Below, piece by piece: positions 27,221 to 39,845 of a stretch of DNA of 64,000 nucleotides. The translations under genes were made by a program, and so were the position numbers. The stretch's first letter is position 1. Each line of letters opens with the position of its first letter. Source of the DNA: an uncultured Acidobacteriota bacterium (GTDB taxonomy: Bacteria; Acidobacteriota; Thermoanaerobaculia; Gp7-AA8); the NCBI GenBank assembly GCA_963822445.1, contig CAWGHO010000002.1, positions 1,056,001 through 1,120,000 of the forward strand, read 5' to 3'. The notes beneath the pieces are model-generated. The model was not told where the DNA came from, did no database searches, and saw only the letters and a program-made list of their open reading frames with translations.

Positions 27221-28628
27221 CCTTGAGCTCGACCGAGATCGGCGTCGGCAACGAGTCCACGCCAACCGTCGTTCGCGTCGGCTGGATCTGCCCGAAGTAC
27301 TCCGCGTAAACCTGATTGAACTGCTCGAAGTCGCGCTGCATGTCGGTCAGGTAGACCGTCACGTCGAACACTTTTTCCAGCGAGCTCCCCGCCGCTTCGA
27401 GAATTGCCTTCACGTTCTCGATACACGCGCGGGTCTGCACTTCGATGTCGTGCCCGAGGACGCTGCCGGCGCCGTCGCGGATGATGCCGGGAATCTCCCC
27501 CGTCCCCGGTTTGCGCGGGCCGATGCCCGAAAGGAACAGCAGCTCGCCGACGCGCTTGGCGTGCGGATACGGACCGACAGGTGCCGGCGCTTTATCCGTG
27601 CGGATGACGTCGGGGCGAATCTCCTTCGCCGGAACGTCGCGTTGCGATGGAGCCTCGCCGTAGTCGTCCTGCGACGTCATGTCGCTCGCGCGGTGAACGT
27701 CCGGACCTTCGGCGAGGACGTTGTGCGACTCGAGCCCCGTTCCGCCGCCGGCCGCGAAGTCGGGCACCGGTCCTTCGTCGAATTCCTTCTCCCAGTCGAT
27801 CTGCTTGCTGGCGTTCGGGGTGAGCTCGACGATGCCGTTGCCCGTCCCCCAGACCGGCTGGTAGTCCCACACCTTGCCGTCGTATTTGTTGTTCTCCCCC
27901 ATCACCGCGCCGAGCCACCAGATGGCCTTGAAGCCCATGTCCGCGTTGGCCTCGCGGCCGAAATCGCGCGCGACCTGCGCCACGTCCTCGAGCCGCCCTT
28001 CGCCGAGCATCTCCAGGATCTTGCGATTCCACTCGTCGTCTTTCTGCGAGGAGATGCGGTCGTTGGCGGGATCGATCTCCGCGACCTCGTAGCGGTTGGA
28101 GAGATTCGTCACACAGACGACGATGGTCTTCTTGCCATACGCATCGATGGCGGCGCGGCCGGCGAATCCGAGGGCGCGCGTCTCTTCCCGCTCCGCGTAG
28201 ATGTTGCACGAGACGATCGACGCCGGAATGGCGTTGTCGGGATTGAGGAGCTTCAGCGCGACGACGGTTCCCGTGTCGATCGGAAACCCGTGATACGCCA
28301 CGGTCGCGGCCTGCATGCCGTGCTCTTTGCAGATCTTCGCGTACAGCTCCCCGAACTTCGGATCGATCCTGAATTCATACGGGATCTCGCCGAGGTCGTA
28401 CCAGTTCTGATCGACGAGCGTCCACTTCGGGGCCGGATCGGTCTGGAAGAGATGACCGATGACGGAGAACCATTGGGTGGAGTAGACGAGCATCAGCTCG
28501 GCGCCGGAGGTGGCGATTTCCTTCCCGACCGCTTCGAACGATCGTCGCAAGCTCCCCCAACCTTCGTTGCGGTCGGGCGCCAGGTACGGGTGCGGCTGGC
28601 CGGGGACGATGTAGGCCTTGAGGATCAT
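27204..28628 (-). CDS. 2-aminophenol 1,6-dioxygenase alpha-subunit-like (AmnA/LigB fold) fused to a RidA-family (2-aminomuconate deaminase-like) domain
   Basis: N-terminal ~270 aa: VPGQPHP, YSTQW, FPIDTGT, NLSNR, YQPVWGTGN. Acidic linker. C-terminal: APAPVGPYPHAKRVG..FLSGIGPR...PTRTTV...VELKVIA. Confidence 0.8.
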   Translation of the reverse strand: MILKAYIVPGQPHPYLAPDRNEGWGSLRRSFEAVGKEIATSGAELMLVYSTQWFSVIGHLFQTDPAPKWTLVDQNWYDLGEIPYEFRIDPKFGELYAKICKEHGMQAATVAYHGFPIDTGTVVALKLLNPDNAIPASIVSCNIYAEREETRALGFAGRAAIDAYGKKTIVVCVTNLSNRYEVAEIDPANDRISSQKDDEWNRKILEMLGEGRLEDVAQVARDFGREANADMGFKAIWWLGAVMGENNKYDGKVWDYQPVWGTGNGIVELTPNASKQIDWEKEFDEGPVPDFAAGGGTGLESHNVLAEGPDVHRASDMTSQDDYGEAPSQRDVPAKEIRPDVIRTDKAPAPVGPYPHAKRVGELLFLSGIGPRKPGTGEIPGIIRDGAGSVLGHDIEVQTRACIENVKAILEAAGSSLEKVFDVTVYLTDMQRDFEQFNQVYAEYFGQIQPTRTTVGVDSLPTPISVELKVIASA

Positions 28629-28634
28629 GGTCGT

Positions 28635-28663
28635 GAATTGAAAATTGAAAATTGAAAATTGAA
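28635..28663. repeat. Left arm G(AATTGAA)4 of the 29-bp inverted repeat enclosing the four-helix-bundle gene
   Basis: gaattgaaaattgaaaattgaaaattgaa. Confidence 0.95.
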
Positions 28664-28671
28664 AACGGTCT

Positions 28672-29037
28672 TCATGAACGTTCCTTCGTCTTTCGCACGA
28701 TTGTGGTGAGGATGGCGATGAGTTCGGTCGCTTCGTTGATCAGCGGATTGATTTGCTTCTCGCCTTTCAGCAACCTTGCAAGCGCGCGCAGCCAATATCT
28801 CGCTTCCCGAGCTTCTTTCAGAGCAATCGTGCACTTTGAAATGAAATCGGCGCGACTCTGGGCAGCGTCGGCTTCCTCGAGATTGGCGCCGACGGAACCA
28901 GCAGCATTCGCGGCTTGAAAACTCGCGCTCCGCAGAGCAGGCTCGCGCCGGTAGATCAACCGGTGCAACTCGAGCACAGCGCAAGCGAACTCGAACACAC
29001 GTTCGCGCAGCTCCGAGCCCTTCCCTGTTTCCTTGTC

Positions 29038-29049
<12 letters not shown>
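28672..29049 (-). CDS. Four helix bundle protein (23S rRNA IVS-encoded / bAvd-like family)
   Basis: ELRERVFEFA...AAGSVGANLEEADAAQSRADFISKCTIALKEAREARYWL...EATELIAIL. More A/T-ending codons than neighbouring genes. Confidence 0.88.
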
Positions 29050-31372
<2,323 letters not shown>

Positions 31373-31376
<4 letters not shown>

Positions 31377-32467
31377 CGCAGGTGCACCGGAGATCCCGCG
31401 TCTTCGCGCGGGATAAAGTCAGTAGGATCGAACTCCCACCGATCCACATCCGGGTCCCACGAATCCCACGGCACAATGGCCGCCATCCGCTCCCGCAGAT
31501 TCGGCGGAATGACCTCGGGCACGATGTAAGCCTTCTGCCGCCGCAGTTTGTAAGGGTTGCGGAACTCGAACCCGAGGACGCCGAGGATGTAGCGGGCGAT
31601 GTACCAGGTTGCCTGCGGGTTCCAGCCGTGGGCGATCTTGACGACCACGCCGAGACCTTCCGGGTATTCGGGATGCTCGATGGAGAGGCCGAGCAGACCA
31701 TCGGCGCCTTCCTTGGCCAGCACGCGGCCGTGGCAGGCCTTGAGGATCGTCGAGTCGAGGCGATTGAAGCCGCCGATCAGGTCGGGATGCTCGATCATCG
31801 CGTTCCAGATCCAGTCCTGATCCTTCTCGGTGACCAGGTTCGCGAACAGGCGCGCGAGATCGGTGACGGTCATCGACACGGTCGGCAGTCCGCAGCCGTC
31901 CTTGGCGATCGTGCCGACTTTCCATTCATCGCCGAGGACTGATTGGAGGTAGGCGAGGTGCTCCTGGAAGAACGGGTGGTGCGGCCAGACGTAGCCGACA
32001 CGGGACCATCCCTTCAGCCGGCAGCCGCGGAGGATGGCCGCATGCTCGCCGGAACAGCAGTGGTACCAGCGCCGCGGCCGGCGCACCTGCCGGCCGAACT
32101 GCACGAGCGGCACGTCCAGCGGCGCCTGCATCATGCCCCACTCACCTTCGCGCAGGATCGAGCGCGCGGTCGCGACATGTTCGGCGTCGCCGTTGTGTGA
32201 GGCCACGCTGATGGCCTGCTGATCGCCGGTCAGCGCGCTCGCGAACTCCTTCGCGAACACTTTCATCATGATCGGCTTGACCATCGAGCGGCCGTAGACC
32301 TCGACGTTCCCGCCGAACGAGTAGATGAGGTTGCGGCCGGAGACCCAGGAGACCGCGCCGTGAATCGTGTTCTCGGCGACGCCGTTGCGGCGGTACTCGA
32401 CCAGCGGCTGCCAGTTGGGCATGACCCGCGCGAAATTCGGTGCGGCGGCTTCGTCGAAGGTCGTCAT
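31373..32467 (-). CDS. L-asparaginase II (Rhizobium AnsA-type) family amidohydrolase
   Basis: GRSMVKP, ASHNG, CCSGEH, DGCGLP, LAKEGADG. Confidence 0.75.
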
Positions 32468-33171
32468 GACTTCCTCAGTTTCAGGAGCTCGTTGACGGTC
32501 ACCAGCTCGTAGCCGTTCGCTTTCAACCGCTCGATGATCAGCGGCACCGCCGCGCGAGTGCGCTCGCGGCCCGAATACCACGGGTGCAGCAGCACGATCG
32601 AGCCGGGACGGACTCGTTCGACGACGTGAGCGACCAGCGAATTCGTGTCGCGATCGATTTCAGGGAACGACTCCGGCTCCACATCAAAGGTGACGTGAAC
32701 GCGGTCGTTCTTCGCAAAGTACCAGGGCAGCGCGACGAGTTTCTTGCAGTACGGCGCCCGGACGTGAATCGGTCCCTGATACCCGGCGGCGCGAATCACC
32801 GCGTCGGTCCGCTCGAACTCTTCGCGCATGAACGACGGCGACTTGAACCACATCCGCTGATGCGACCAGCTGTGATTTCCGAGCTCGTGGCCCGCTGTGA
32901 CCAGTTTCGCCGCGGCCGCGGGATGATCGCGGATCTGCGCGCCGCAGACAAAGAAGGTCGCTTTCACGTTCGCGCGAGAGAGCGGCGTGAGGATCTCGTC
33001 GACGGTGTCGCTTTGCGGACCGTCATCGAAAGTCAGCGCGACGACTTTGCGATCGGTCTCCACGCGGGGAACGATCTCGCCGAAGAGCTGGAACGTTCGC
33101 GAGCGGCCCAGGGTGCGGATGCCCCAGAGCACGGCAAACAGCAGCAGGACGGCGATGGCGACTTTCTTCAT
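32464..33171 (-). CDS. Polysaccharide deacetylase (NodB/CE4) family protein
   Basis: ALTFDDGP, HELGNHSWSH, RAPY, IVLLHP; N-terminal anchor. Confidence 0.88.
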   Translation of the reverse strand: MKKVAIAVLLLFAVLWGIRTLGRSRTFQLFGEIVPRVETDRKVVALTFDDGPQSDTVDEILTPLSRANVKATFFVCGAQIRDHPAAAAKLVTAGHELGNHSWSHQRMWFKSPSFMREEFERTDAVIRAAGYQGPIHVRAPYCKKLVALPWYFAKNDRVHVTFDVEPESFPEIDRDTNSLVAHVVERVRPGSIVLLHPWYSGRERTRAAVPLIIERLKANGYELVTVNELLKLRKS

Positions 33172-34355
33172 GCGAACCGCGGCGCCACTTTGTTCATGAA
33201 ATCGGCCATATTTTTCATGACTCGTTTCGAGTCATGATTATTGAAGTCGAACCAGAGCATGAGCCGGTCCTCGGCATCGAACCGCTTCTTCATCTGTCCG
33301 GCGATGATCTCCGCGTCGCCAACCAGGGCGTTGTTCGTGGCCCGGCGCACTTTCTCTTCGTCGAGTGTGCCTTCCAGCGCGCGCCAGTAGTTCGACAGCG
33401 CATCGCGCGCCTCTTCGGCCGCTTTGGCCGGATCGTCGTTGATGAACACCAGCACCGTGCGCGGCATCAGTCGCCGTTTCCAACCTCCGCCGGAGGGATG
33501 GTAGTGCTCGCGCATCCGCTCGTTGGTTTTCTCGATCTCGTCGCCCGGCGTGATGGACAGATTGAACACGCCCACGGGCATGATCGTGTTGGCGAAGATC
33601 TGCGTCCCCGGATCGTGCGATCCGATGGACAGCCGCAGCAGATCCATCCGCGATTCCTGCGGGATGATCTTGAGGTTCGGGAAGACCCACCGAGGAGCGA
33701 GCGGCACTTCGTCGATGTCCTGCCCGAAGGCCTCCTGCACTTTCTTCCAGTCGGCATCAGTGCGGAAATCCGCACGGCGCAGCGGACGCGGCGCGATCAT
33801 CGTCGAGTTGAGCGTCTCTCCCTGCAGCAGGCGCAGAAAGATCTCCGTCGCCTCTTCGAAGATCTTGTTCTTCACCACCGGCCACGCCGCCGACTCGACC
33901 GGATTCCGCGGCACGATTCCGTACGGAACGTTGATGAACGGAAAACGGCCCGACGCGAAACCGACGGTGAGAAGGCGCTTCTCGTCCGGATCGAGGCCGT
34001 GCAGGGCGAGGAAGGTCTTGATGCGCTCCGCGGCGGCGATCGGACCGCCGTTGCAGAGGATGTTCATGATCGCCGAGCCCATCCCGATCCGCTTCGTGCG
34101 CGCGAACACACGATGCGCGAGCTGGAGGATGTCCGTGTTCAATCCGATCTCCCCGACGAAGTGAGGGATCACCGCGCCGGGATTGGTCTTCTGAACCTCG
34201 GTCGAGAGGTGGCTCTCCGCGACCCAGGCCGTGCCGAACCCGAGCTGGTCGGCGAGCTCCACCTGCTCGAAGAAGTTGGCGAACATCGTCCGCTCGTCCG
34301 GCATGTAGCCGTTCACTTCGGTCTGGCAGATGGAGAAGAAGACGTCGAGCTCCAT
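33168..34355 (-). CDS. LLM-class (luciferase-like) flavin-dependent monooxygenase
   Basis: EQVELADQLGFGTAWVAESH, ARTKRIGMGSA, PIAAAERI, NALVGDAEII. Confidence 0.8.
   Translation of the reverse strand: MELDVFFSICQTEVNGYMPDERTMFANFFEQVELADQLGFGTAWVAESHLSTEVQKTNPGAVIPHFVGEIGLNTDILQLAHRVFARTKRIGMGSAIMNILCNGGPIAAAERIKTFLALHGLDPDEKRLLTVGFASGRFPFINVPYGIVPRNPVESAAWPVVKNKIFEEATEIFLRLLQGETLNSTMIAPRPLRRADFRTDADWKKVQEAFGQDIDEVPLAPRWVFPNLKIIPQESRMDLLRLSIGSHDPGTQIFANTIMPVGVFNLSITPGDEIEKTNERMREHYHPSGGGWKRRLMPRTVLVFINDDPAKAAEEARDALSNYWRALEGTLDEEKVRRATNNALVGDAEIIAGQMKKRFDAEDRLMLWFDFNNHDSKRVMKNMADFMNKVAPRFA
33215..33237. promoter_or_regulatory. Perfect palindrome in an AT-rich patch; candidate operator
   Basis: TCATGACTCG-TTT-CGAGTCATGA, about 45 bp upstream of the deacetylase start. 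Confidence 0.35.
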
Positions 34356-34371
34356 GGAGCGCGACTCTAAC

Positions 34372-35895
34372 TCACTCGCCGCGCGGGCGTGATGCCGTGG
34401 TGCTCTCGATGAACGCGAGCCCGTCGAAATCCCGCCGCAGCACGAACGGCTGCACCCACTGCGGCGCCGCCCACTGCTCCGAAAAGATCGCGCCGACCCA
34501 ATGCATGGCGTGCGGCGCCTGCAGCCATTCGGCGATTCGCGGATCGGAAGGAGGCGCGTGGCGAAGGTCGACGAATGCGTCGCCACTCGTGGCTTGCGCG
34601 AGGAACGAGTCGACGGTGCCCTCGGTGGATGAGATCGAGAACGTGCGGATGCTCGGCGGCGACACGCCGGCTTTCTGGGCGAGGAACGAGCCGCGATCGA
34701 AGCTCGTGGCAATGGCGTAATAGCCCGCGCCGAACGCCTTGCGCAGGAAACCGCCGAGAGGCGGATAGGAACCGGTCTCACGCGCGGCGATGTGGCTGTT
34801 GTGAGCCCAGACAATCGCTTTCTCGCCGGGTTTCATGGCCAGGAACAGGTGATCGGCCATGGCCTGATCGCGCGAGCCGTTGCCGCTGTTGAACTCGCCG
34901 AACTGCGCGAATTGCCGCGCGTATCCGAGGGCTCGGTCGTAATCGCGCTGTGAGGTGCGGCGCACGAGATCGCCCTCGTGAAGCACAAGAAAGCTCACCA
35001 GGCGATACAGGCCTTGCAACGTCTCGGGAGTGATCTCCGTGCGCTCGAAACGGAGGGCATTCGCGTCCTGCACGCGAATGGTGGCCAGGAGCGCCGTGAA
35101 CTCGGGGCGTTGCACGAAATCGCGCACGAAATCGAGCGCCCTTCCGCTCCCTTGCGGATCGATCCCCACGATCCGCATCGATTTCCCATTTGCGCGCAGC
35201 CACTCGATCACCGACAGGAACTCCTCCGTATCGAGGATCCACGTGCAGTCTTTCAACGCGGCCAGCATCGAGCGGCGATCACCGCCGCCGTGGACGTACT
35301 CGTTGATGACTTCCATCGCCGAAACGCTGGCTTCGACGGCGAGCAGGGTGTAGCCCTCGCCGGCGAGAAACTCCACCATCCGCTTCTTGAACTGCACGAT
35401 CTCGCGGCTGCCATGGGTTGCTTCGCCGAGACCGACGACGCGCACGCCATCCAACGCGGGCCGTAACTTCGTGAGGTCGCCGAGCGGAATCGCGCGCGCG
35501 GCCATCCACTGCACGACGGCGGCATCGCGGGCCTTCTCCGCCGCGAGCCGCTTCTGATACTCGCGTCTCGTGAGCCGCTCTTCGACGCGAATCTGGTACT
35601 TGCCCGGCGCCGCTTTCGCGTCGAATGAGCGCACTTCGATGCGGTAAGGACCGGTGGTAGTCGCCGCGATCGGCACAGGCTCGGGGCCGTTCGCGCCATT
35701 CGGACTGTCGACCTCCGCGAGCTTTGCGCCGCCGGGTGCGAAGGCGGTGGCGATGACGTCGATGCCGCGCTGGTCAACGGTCACCATCGCGAACTCGCCG
35801 GCCTTCAGCTCGATCGCGTATTCGTGACTCTCGCCGCCGCGAAGCTCGCGCTCGACGGGCGTTACGAGAAGGAGCGCGGCAAGGAGAAGGTTCAT
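34372..35895 (-). CDS. Erythromycin esterase family protein with N-terminal PPC-like domain
   Basis: VVGLGEATHGSRE, RDQAMA, IVWAHNSHI, FDGLAFIE; signal peptide and VDQRGIDV...EVDSPNG domain. Confidence 0.82.
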   Translation of the reverse strand: MNLLLAALLLVTPVERELRGGESHEYAIELKAGEFAMVTVDQRGIDVIATAFAPGGAKLAEVDSPNGANGPEPVPIAATTTGPYRIEVRSFDAKAAPGKYQIRVEERLTRREYQKRLAAEKARDAAVVQWMAARAIPLGDLTKLRPALDGVRVVGLGEATHGSREIVQFKKRMVEFLAGEGYTLLAVEASVSAMEVINEYVHGGGDRRSMLAALKDCTWILDTEEFLSVIEWLRANGKSMRIVGIDPQGSGRALDFVRDFVQRPEFTALLATIRVQDANALRFERTEITPETLQGLYRLVSFLVLHEGDLVRRTSQRDYDRALGYARQFAQFGEFNSGNGSRDQAMADHLFLAMKPGEKAIVWAHNSHIAARETGSYPPLGGFLRKAFGAGYYAIATSFDRGSFLAQKAGVSPPSIRTFSISSTEGTVDSFLAQATSGDAFVDLRHAPPSDPRIAEWLQAPHAMHWVGAIFSEQWAAPQWVQPFVLRRDFDGLAFIESTTASRPRGE

Positions 35896-35924
35896 GCGGT
35901 CTGCGGAACGATACGATTGCGGCG

Positions 35925-36590
35925 ATGAAACGTTTCCGATGCCTCACCGCGATCCTCTTCATCGCCGCCTGCGCGGCCACGAATCCTCACGGTCTCACCG
36001 TCCTCGACCGCGCTGGTTATGTCCGCACGAGTCAGGCGGACGCGGACAAGGAGCTCATCGATCTGGCCGCGATCGGCATCCCTCTCGACATCCGCTACGC
36101 GACGCCGAACAACTTCATGAAGAAGACGCTGTATCCGGCCGCAAAGGCCTACCTTCGCGCGCCGGCGGCTCGCGCGCTCATGGACGTCCAGCGCGAGCTC
36201 GAGAACCGCGCCCTCGGCATCAAGGTCTTCGACGCCTATCGCCCGTATCGCGTGACCGTGGCCATGTGGGAGCCGATCAGGAATCCCGACTACGTGGCTG
36301 ATCCCGCGAAAGGCTCGCGGCACAACCGCGGCGCGGCCGTCGATCTGACGTTGATCGATCTGAAAACCGGCCAGGAGCTGGCCATGCCCACGCCGTATGA
36401 CGACTTCACGTCACGCGCGGCGCATGCGTTCGAGGAGCTGCCGCAGGATGTGCGCGCGAATCGCGCGGTGCTTCGCGAGGTGATGACGAAGCACGGCTTC
36501 GAACCGCTCCCATCCGAATGGTGGCATTACGACTTTCGGGGCTGGGAGCGGTTCGAGTTGATGGACGTGGGGCTGGAAGAGCTGCCTTAA
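35925..36590 (+). CDS. ddpX: D-alanyl-D-alanine dipeptidase (M15D, DdpX/VanX family), lipoprotein
   Basis: DIRYATPNNF, FDAYRP, SRHNRGAAVDLTL, EWWHY. Confidence 0.88.
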   Translation: MKRFRCLTAILFIAACAATNPHGLTVLDRAGYVRTSQADADKELIDLAAIGIPLDIRYATPNNFMKKTLYPAAKAYLRAPAARALMDVQRELENRALGIKVFDAYRPYRVTVAMWEPIRNPDYVADPAKGSRHNRGAAVDLTLIDLKTGQELAMPTPYDDFTSRAAHAFEELPQDVRANRAVLREVMTKHGFEPLPSEWWHYDFRGWERFELMDVGLEELP

Positions 36591-37978
36591 AACCGCGTCA
36601 CGAACGAGATCGAGCCGACCTTGTAGTTCTCCGCGGTGTCATACGCCGCGTCGATCTGGAAGCGCGGCCACGCCAGGCCGGCACCGATCGACATGTGGTT
36701 CTGCGACTCCCCTTCCGGATAGAGCATCGCCTCGGCGATGAAATCGGGGCGGTTCAGCGGTCCACGCCATTCCACACTGTGCGCGGGATCGCGCCAGAAG
36801 CCGGCGCGGAGCGCAAACGGGATCTTGGTCGTGAAGACGTACTCCGCACCGATGTGCAGCTCGATCACGTCGTCCGCGCCGAACGGATCCTCTTCGAGCT
36901 CGCGCACGTCGGCGACGGAGGCGACGAAGTCATCGACGAGATTCGAATACTTCACGTGGACCGCGTCGAGGTTGATCGTGAGCACGGGAATCGGTCGGAC
37001 CGAGACGCCGAGCCCGGCGACGTCGGGAATGTGGAACGTCGTGTCCGCGACCTGGAGGAACTCGTTGTTCGTCGCCGCGCCGGCGAAGAAAAGAGGCGCG
37101 GTGAACTGCGGCCCCATCTTGTACACGCCGCCGAAGCTGATCTTGTCGGTCGGCGACCACTTGAAGCCGGCGGCGAAGGTCGTGTCGGTCTCTTCGACGA
37201 TCTCGAGCTGGCCGTCGTCGCCTTCTTTCGCCGTCGCCTGCACGGAGATCGTGCTGGGGTCGAGGAACTGGGTGAAGCGGAACGTGAACGCCGCTTCCTG
37301 GAAGCGCTGATGGCGCGCGGTCAGGCCGATCGAGAACTTCGGATGGATCTGCCAGGCGCCGGAGATGCCGATCGTGCGCATGCGGACGTCCAGCGCCGAG
37401 GTAAACGGATCGAGGCGGAACTCGACGCAGGCGCCGGGGTTGTTGGTCTGGCGGCGCAGGGCTTCGCATTCGAGCTCAGTGATCGGCGATCCGCCGCCAC
37501 CCGGGAGAAAGAAGTTCGGTCCGAGCGTGATCAGATCGCCGGTGAACTCGTCATAGCGCGGCGCGACCACGCCGCCGCCCTTGTTGTTCAGCGGCTCGTG
37601 AAAGTACGCGCCGAGGGTGAAGTTCTTGATGGGATAGACGAAGCTGGCGAAGCTGACCACGGCGCGATCGCTGTAGTGCTTGAACGGCGTGCGCTCGAGG
37701 TCCGGGTACGTTCCGCCGGTCGTGAAAACCTGGTTCTCGAGGTAATTGCGGCCTTCGACGCTGATCTCCGGCTTGCGCAGGATGGTCAAACCGGCCGGAT
37801 TGGCCTCGGCCGCCGAGGCGTCGTCAGCCAGCCCCAGAAACGCGCCGCCCATGCCGAGCGACCGCGCGCCGGGATTGCCGAAGTTGAACTGCAGACCCGA
37901 GAGCGCCTCGATGTCGACGTTCTGGGCCGCCATTGGAAGAGTCAGGAGCACAGCCAGAACGATGGAGAGTTTCCGCAT
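36587..37978 (-). CDS. OmpP1/FadL-family outer membrane transporter
   Basis: NPGARSLGMGGAF..ADDASA..ANPAGL hatch motif; C-terminal Phe. Confidence 0.8.
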   Translation of the reverse strand: MRKLSIVLAVLLTLPMAAQNVDIEALSGLQFNFGNPGARSLGMGGAFLGLADDASAAEANPAGLTILRKPEISVEGRNYLENQVFTTGGTYPDLERTPFKHYSDRAVVSFASFVYPIKNFTLGAYFHEPLNNKGGGVVAPRYDEFTGDLITLGPNFFLPGGGGSPITELECEALRRQTNNPGACVEFRLDPFTSALDVRMRTIGISGAWQIHPKFSIGLTARHQRFQEAAFTFRFTQFLDPSTISVQATAKEGDDGQLEIVEETDTTFAAGFKWSPTDKISFGGVYKMGPQFTAPLFFAGAATNNEFLQVADTTFHIPDVAGLGVSVRPIPVLTINLDAVHVKYSNLVDDFVASVADVRELEEDPFGADDVIELHIGAEYVFTTKIPFALRAGFWRDPAHSVEWRGPLNRPDFIAEAMLYPEGESQNHMSIGAGLAWPRFQIDAAYDTAENYKVGSISFVTRF

Positions 37979-38015
37979 GTTGTTCCTCCGATTGGACTTC
38001 AGGAAGGATAGTCGG

Positions 38016-38098
38016 AAAGGCTCAAAGGCTCAAAAGCTCAAAGAAGAGCGATGCAGCGGTTGACCTTTGAGCCTCTGCGCCTTTGAGCCTTTAAGCCT
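38016..38098. repeat. Inverted tandem octamer (AAAGGCTC)n element, intergenic
   Basis: aaaggctc-aaaggctc-aaaagctc-aaag ... cctttgag-cctctgcg-cctttgag-cctttaag-cct. Confidence 0.8.
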
Positions 38099-38101
38099 CC
38101 G

Positions 38102-39815
38102 TTATCCCCGCGCCGCCCTCACCGCCTCGATGATCCCCGCCACGACCTCGTCCGGCGCGCCGAGCTGCTTCGCGCGGTCCTTCCGCGAGCTCCACTCGAT
38201 CTGACCGTTGGCGAGGCTCTTGGCGCCGACGGCGATGCGCAGCGGGAAGCCGATCAGGTCTGCATCCTTGAACTTCACGCCCGGGCGTTCGTCGCGGTCA
38301 TCGAACAACACGTCGATCCCCGCGGCCAGGAGCTGCTCGTAGACCTGCGTCGCGGTCTGGGCCACGCTTTCTTCCTTGCCGATCGACGTCACCACGACCT
38401 CGAACGGAGCGATCGGCATCGGCCAGATGATGCCGTCCGTCGTCGTGACTCTGCTCGATCGCCGCGGCGACCGTTCGTCCGATGCCGAGGCCGTAGCAGC
38501 CCATGATCATCGGCACGCGCGCGCCGCTCTCGTCGAGAAACTCGCAGTGCATCGACTCGGAGTACTTCGTCCCGAGCTTGAACACGTGCCCGACTTCGAT
38601 GCCGCGGTAGATCTCCAGCTTCGTTCCGCAGCGAACGCAGGGGTCGCCGGCGAACACGGTCGTGAAATCGCCGTACTCCGGCTCCGGAAAATCGCGCCCG
38701 GGCACGGCGTAGTCGATGTGGTGGTCTTTCTTGTTCGCGCCGACGATCCAGCGCTTCCGCCCCTGCAGCGAGTAGTCGGCGAGGACGCGCGCGCACTTCG
38801 TTCCGACAGGACCGCAATAGCCGACCGGTCCGCCCGTGGCTTCCTCGAAACGCTGCTCGCCGATCATTTCCAGCACCTGCGCGCCGAGGTGGTTCTTGAT
38901 CTTGACCTCGTTGCCTTCGCGGTCGCCGCGCACGAGAACCATGACCGGGCCGAGGTCGGTATCGAAGACCAGCGTCTTGACCAGCTCGGAGGTCGGCTTG
39001 TTCAGAAACCGGCCCACGTCGTCGATGGTCTGCGTGCCGGGCGTGTGAAGCTGGGCGATCGCATCCGACGGCGGCGGCTCGACCTCGTCGTCGAAAAACT
39101 TCGAAGAGGCCTTCTCCATGTTCGCGCCGTAGCGGCAGTTCGGGCAGCTCACCACGGCGTCTTCGCCCGACTGGGCAAGGACCATGAACTCATGCGATGC
39201 CGAGCCGCCGATGTTGCCGGTATCGGCTTCGACGGGAACGTGGTCTAACGCACAACGATGAAAGATCCGGCTGTAGGCCTCCCGCATCGCCTCGTACGCC
39301 TCGTCGAGCGATTCCCGCGTCGCGTGGAAGGAGTACGCGTCCTTCATGATGAATTCGCGGCCGCGCATCAGGCCGAAGCGGGGGCGAACTTCGTCGCGGA
39401 ACTTGGTCTGGATCTGATAGAGGTTGACCGGGAGCTGGCGGTACGAGCTGATCGAGTCGCGGACGGTCTCGGTGATGACTTCCTCGTGGGTCGGGCCGAA
39501 GACGAAATCGCGGTCATGGCGGTCTTTGATCCGCAGGAGCTCTTTCCCGTACTTCTGCCAGCGTCCGGATTCCATCCAGAGCTCGGCCGGCTGGATGGCG
39601 GGCATGAGCAGCTCGGTCGAGCCCGCCCGGGTCATCTCCTGGCGGACGATGTTTTCCAATTTTTGGATGGACCGCAGGCCGAGGGGCAGGTAGGTATAGA
39701 TGCCCGCGGCGACCTTGCGGATCATGCCGGCGCGCATCATCAGCTTTTGACTGATCACGTCCGCGTCGGACGGAACTTCTCGCAGTGTGTTGATGAAATA
39801 ACGGCTCCAGCGCAT
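38102..39815 (-). CDS. proS: Proline--tRNA ligase (frameshift near 38435, probable sequencing error)
   Basis: GPTHEE, QIQTKFRDEVRPRFGLMRGREF.MKDAYSF, GIEVGHVFKLGTKYS, MGCYGLGIGR. Anticodon domain DDRDERPGVKFKDADLIG is in another frame. Confidence 0.95.
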
Positions 39816-39845
39816 AAGGGCGTGGATTGTAGCCGGTAGAAACTA

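Noticed and set aside
34372-36590. Antibiotic resistance island (ere + vanX, with ddl and an APH-family gene elsewhere)
   Set aside because: These are broad housekeeping families. There is no vanHA/vanRS, the ddl sits in an envelope operon, the APH-family protein has AmgK-like motifs, and there are no mobility genes.
38400-38470. Split proS (separate anticodon-binding domain)
   Set aside because: A single indel in a gtcgtc/cgtc repeat rejoins the frames, and the gene is normally essential; treated as a sequencing error.
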